Shown: positions 61,514 to 64,000 of the stretch, piece after piece | Position numbering within the stretch: the stretch's first letter is position 1 | Layout: each line of letters starts with the position of its first letter | Assembly: GCF_002150035.1 (NCBI RefSeq) | Contig: NZ_NETS01000010.1 | Location: forward strand, 1,075,070 to 1,139,069 | Direction: 5' to 3' | Source: Leptospira venezuelensis | GTDB taxonomy: Bacteria > Spirochaetota > Leptospiria > Leptospirales > Leptospiraceae | DNA: 64,000 bases | The notes under the pieces: generated by a model | What the model saw: only the letters and a program-made list of their open reading frames with translations | Database searches by the model: none | What the model was told of the DNA's origin: nothing | Position numbers and translations under genes: made by a program

Positions 61514-61819
61514 TTGTTACGTCAGTTAACATTTATGAAACCAAAGAAAGTCACTAACGATGATTTGGAAAAGATCATCGCCGGGGTAAAAACTCAAGCT
61601 GTTGAAGCGATAGGTAATTACCTCTACAAAGGATTTCGCATTCAGGTTAGTAAATACAACCTGTCTGGGGCGGAGAGGGTTCAGCTCCTTTATCAAAGGA
61701 GAAGGAAAGAAGGTCTTTGTATCGTCTGCGGCACTAAAGTAGGTAAAAAAAATCCGTCTACTGGCCGGTTGTATCGCCTCTGCGAATTCCATCGGAAGAA
61801 AATAGATAAAAAAAAGTAA
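61514..61819 (+). CDS. Small basic protein with a C-terminal CxxC...C-x2-H zinc-binding motif
   Basis: GLCIVCGTKVGKKNPSTGRLYRLCEFHRKK. It is preceded by a 450-bp AT-rich intergenic region. Confidence 0.4.
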   Translation: MLRQLTFMKPKKVTNDDLEKIIAGVKTQAVEAIGNYLYKGFRIQVSKYNLSGAERVQLLYQRRRKEGLCIVCGTKVGKKNPSTGRLYRLCEFHRKKIDKKK

Positions 61820-61824
61820 TTCAT

Positions 61825-61894
61825 AAAATCCGGAAAACGACTGATAATCTATATAGAGCTTAGCTCTGGTAGGTACTCTTGTTTTCCGGATTTT
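61825..61894 (+). terminator. Large nested inverted repeat (14-bp perfect arms AAAATCCGGAAAAC / GTTTTCCGGATTTT around an internal AGAGCT-T-AGCTCT palindrome), followed by a T-run
   Basis: It lies 6 nt after the stop at 61819. Its 3' arm overlaps the TTG start of the next ORF. Confidence 0.5.
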
Positions 61895-62469
61895 ATTTTA
61901 AGGGCACACGTTTTCCCTCTTTTTCAAAGGCAACTTTCAAATCGTTCTGCCTTTCGCGAATCCTGATCGTCTTCCTCCTAATTTTTTCATTCTCCTTCTC
62001 CGCATTTGGCCAAGGGGAAAATCCTTCCAAGCAAGGACCTTCTGATCCTGATATTTTGTTTCGGATTGCTGAGGAGGCATATAAGGACCGCCGTTTTTAT
62101 AAAGCAGCCGAAAGTCTTCGTAACTTCTTGGTTCTATATCCTGGAAATTCCAAAAAAAACAGGGTGCTAGGCCTTCTTAAAGATTGTTTCGTGAAATTGG
62201 ATCGTCCTGAGAAAGCCTTGGAAGTGAGTCTGGATCTTTATAAAATGGAACCCACAGGAGAATCTGGGTTAGAATCCTACTTGGAAGCGGGGCGCCTACT
62301 GGCCAAGATGGGAGAAATCGACCAGGCGAAACAGATTTTCTCCTCTATTTGCAGGCAATCTTACTCCAGAGCAATGGCAGAAAAAGCCGCCCTGGAATTT
62401 TCCGGTATCGATTTACTTTCGGATGGGGAAGAATCTTCTCCGGAAGGGGAATCTTGTCGCGAAAAATAA
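61879..62469 (+). CDS. Secreted/anchored TPR-like protein (TTG start in the track)
   Basis: Basic n-region then hydrophobic FKSFCLSRILIVFLLIFSFSFSAFGQ signal. No in-frame ATG near the 5' end. Confidence 0.45.
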   Translation: MFSGFYFKGTRFPSFSKATFKSFCLSRILIVFLLIFSFSFSAFGQGENPSKQGPSDPDILFRIAEEAYKDRRFYKAAESLRNFLVLYPGNSKKNRVLGLLKDCFVKLDRPEKALEVSLDLYKMEPTGESGLESYLEAGRLLAKMGEIDQAKQIFSSICRQSYSRAMAEKAALEFSGIDLLSDGEESSPEGESCREK

Positions 62470-62565
62470 GGAAATACTCGGATTTCAGTCCGAATTCCCT
62501 CATCTCGAGCCGATACTAGTTTATAGTTGAATTCCCACGGAAGAATTTTTTAATCTCTGGTAAGT

Positions 62566-63779
<1,214 letters not shown>

Positions 63780-63783
<4 letters not shown>

Positions 63784-64000
63784 ATATTGATCCCGGCTGC
63801 CTTACAATCTGCTTTGATCATTATCTCTACTAGTTCTTTGAACTTGACCTTAGGTTCCCAACCAAGTTTTGCCTTTGCTTTTGCTGGATCGCCGATAAGA
63901 AGGTCCACTTCGGTTGGTCTGTAAAAAGCAGGATTTACTTCGATTAAAAGTTTTCCGTCCTTCTTATTATAACCTTTCTCTTGGTCTCCTGTTCCTTTCC
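63780..64000 (-). CDS. gmd: GDP-mannose 4,6-dehydratase, C-terminal part. The gene continues beyond the window end.
   Basis: Reverse-complement translation ...[47 protein letters not shown] matches the Gmd C-terminus. Stop at 63780-63782. Confidence 0.75.

Overview
The window looks like a Leptospira-type spirochaete chromosome segment: low GC, flagellar rod genes of spirochaete type, many lipoproteins with L-x-x-C lipoboxes, and abundant cNMP-binding and STAS-domain proteins. It is dense with housekeeping genes, listed in order.

Housekeeping content:
- serC N-terminus (minus strand, truncated by the window start)
- flgB-flgC-fliE rod operon, followed by a membrane-anchored AraC-like regulator
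- pntAB-pntB transhydrogenase, with no pntAA nearby
- queD-queC
- czcD-like cation-diffusion-facilitator transporter
- family-4 uracil-DNA glycosylase
- two secreted alpha/beta-hydrolases
- CarF/TMEM189-like histidine-box lipid desaturase
- orphan PAS sensor histidine kinase, msrA, and a methyl-accepting chemotaxis protein (MCP)
- canonical CIRCE-hrcA-grpE-dnaK-dnaJ heat-shock operon
- Gfo/Idh/MocA oxidoreductase and yqgE
- FtsX-type ABC exporter (permease plus ATPase)
- leuS and thrC
- a cell-envelope operon: acyltransferase-3, lepB, class B PBP and a large DUF115 (Maf/MptE-like) protein
- class-C beta-lactamase-fold hydrolase
- a MocR regulator-DUF2804-PPK2 operon, divergent from an aminotransferase
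- glpQ-like phosphodiesterase
- gmd C-terminus at the window end

No rRNA, CRISPR array, IS element, integrase or recognisable defence-system domain was seen.

The most unusual items:
1. A tRNA-like locus at 32.80-32.88 kb. A canonical T-arm plus a 3'-acceptor-like segment sits upstream of a tRNA-Asn(GUU)-type acceptor/D/anticodon domain on the same strand. This is a permuted or rearranged order, and no canonical tRNA fold is possible.
2. Two phasin-family paralogs 5.6 kb apart. They have near-identical promoter architecture and paired GTGC-N3-GCAC operators, and they flank the MocR/PPK2 cluster.
3. A small secreted 8-cysteine protein convergent with the FtsX ABC exporter.
4. A structured 310-bp intergenic region at 21.7-22.0 kb.
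5. Several multi-domain proteins of unknown function: an SPFH protein with a triple N-terminal repeat, an MCP with an extra C-terminal domain, and a DUF115 giant.
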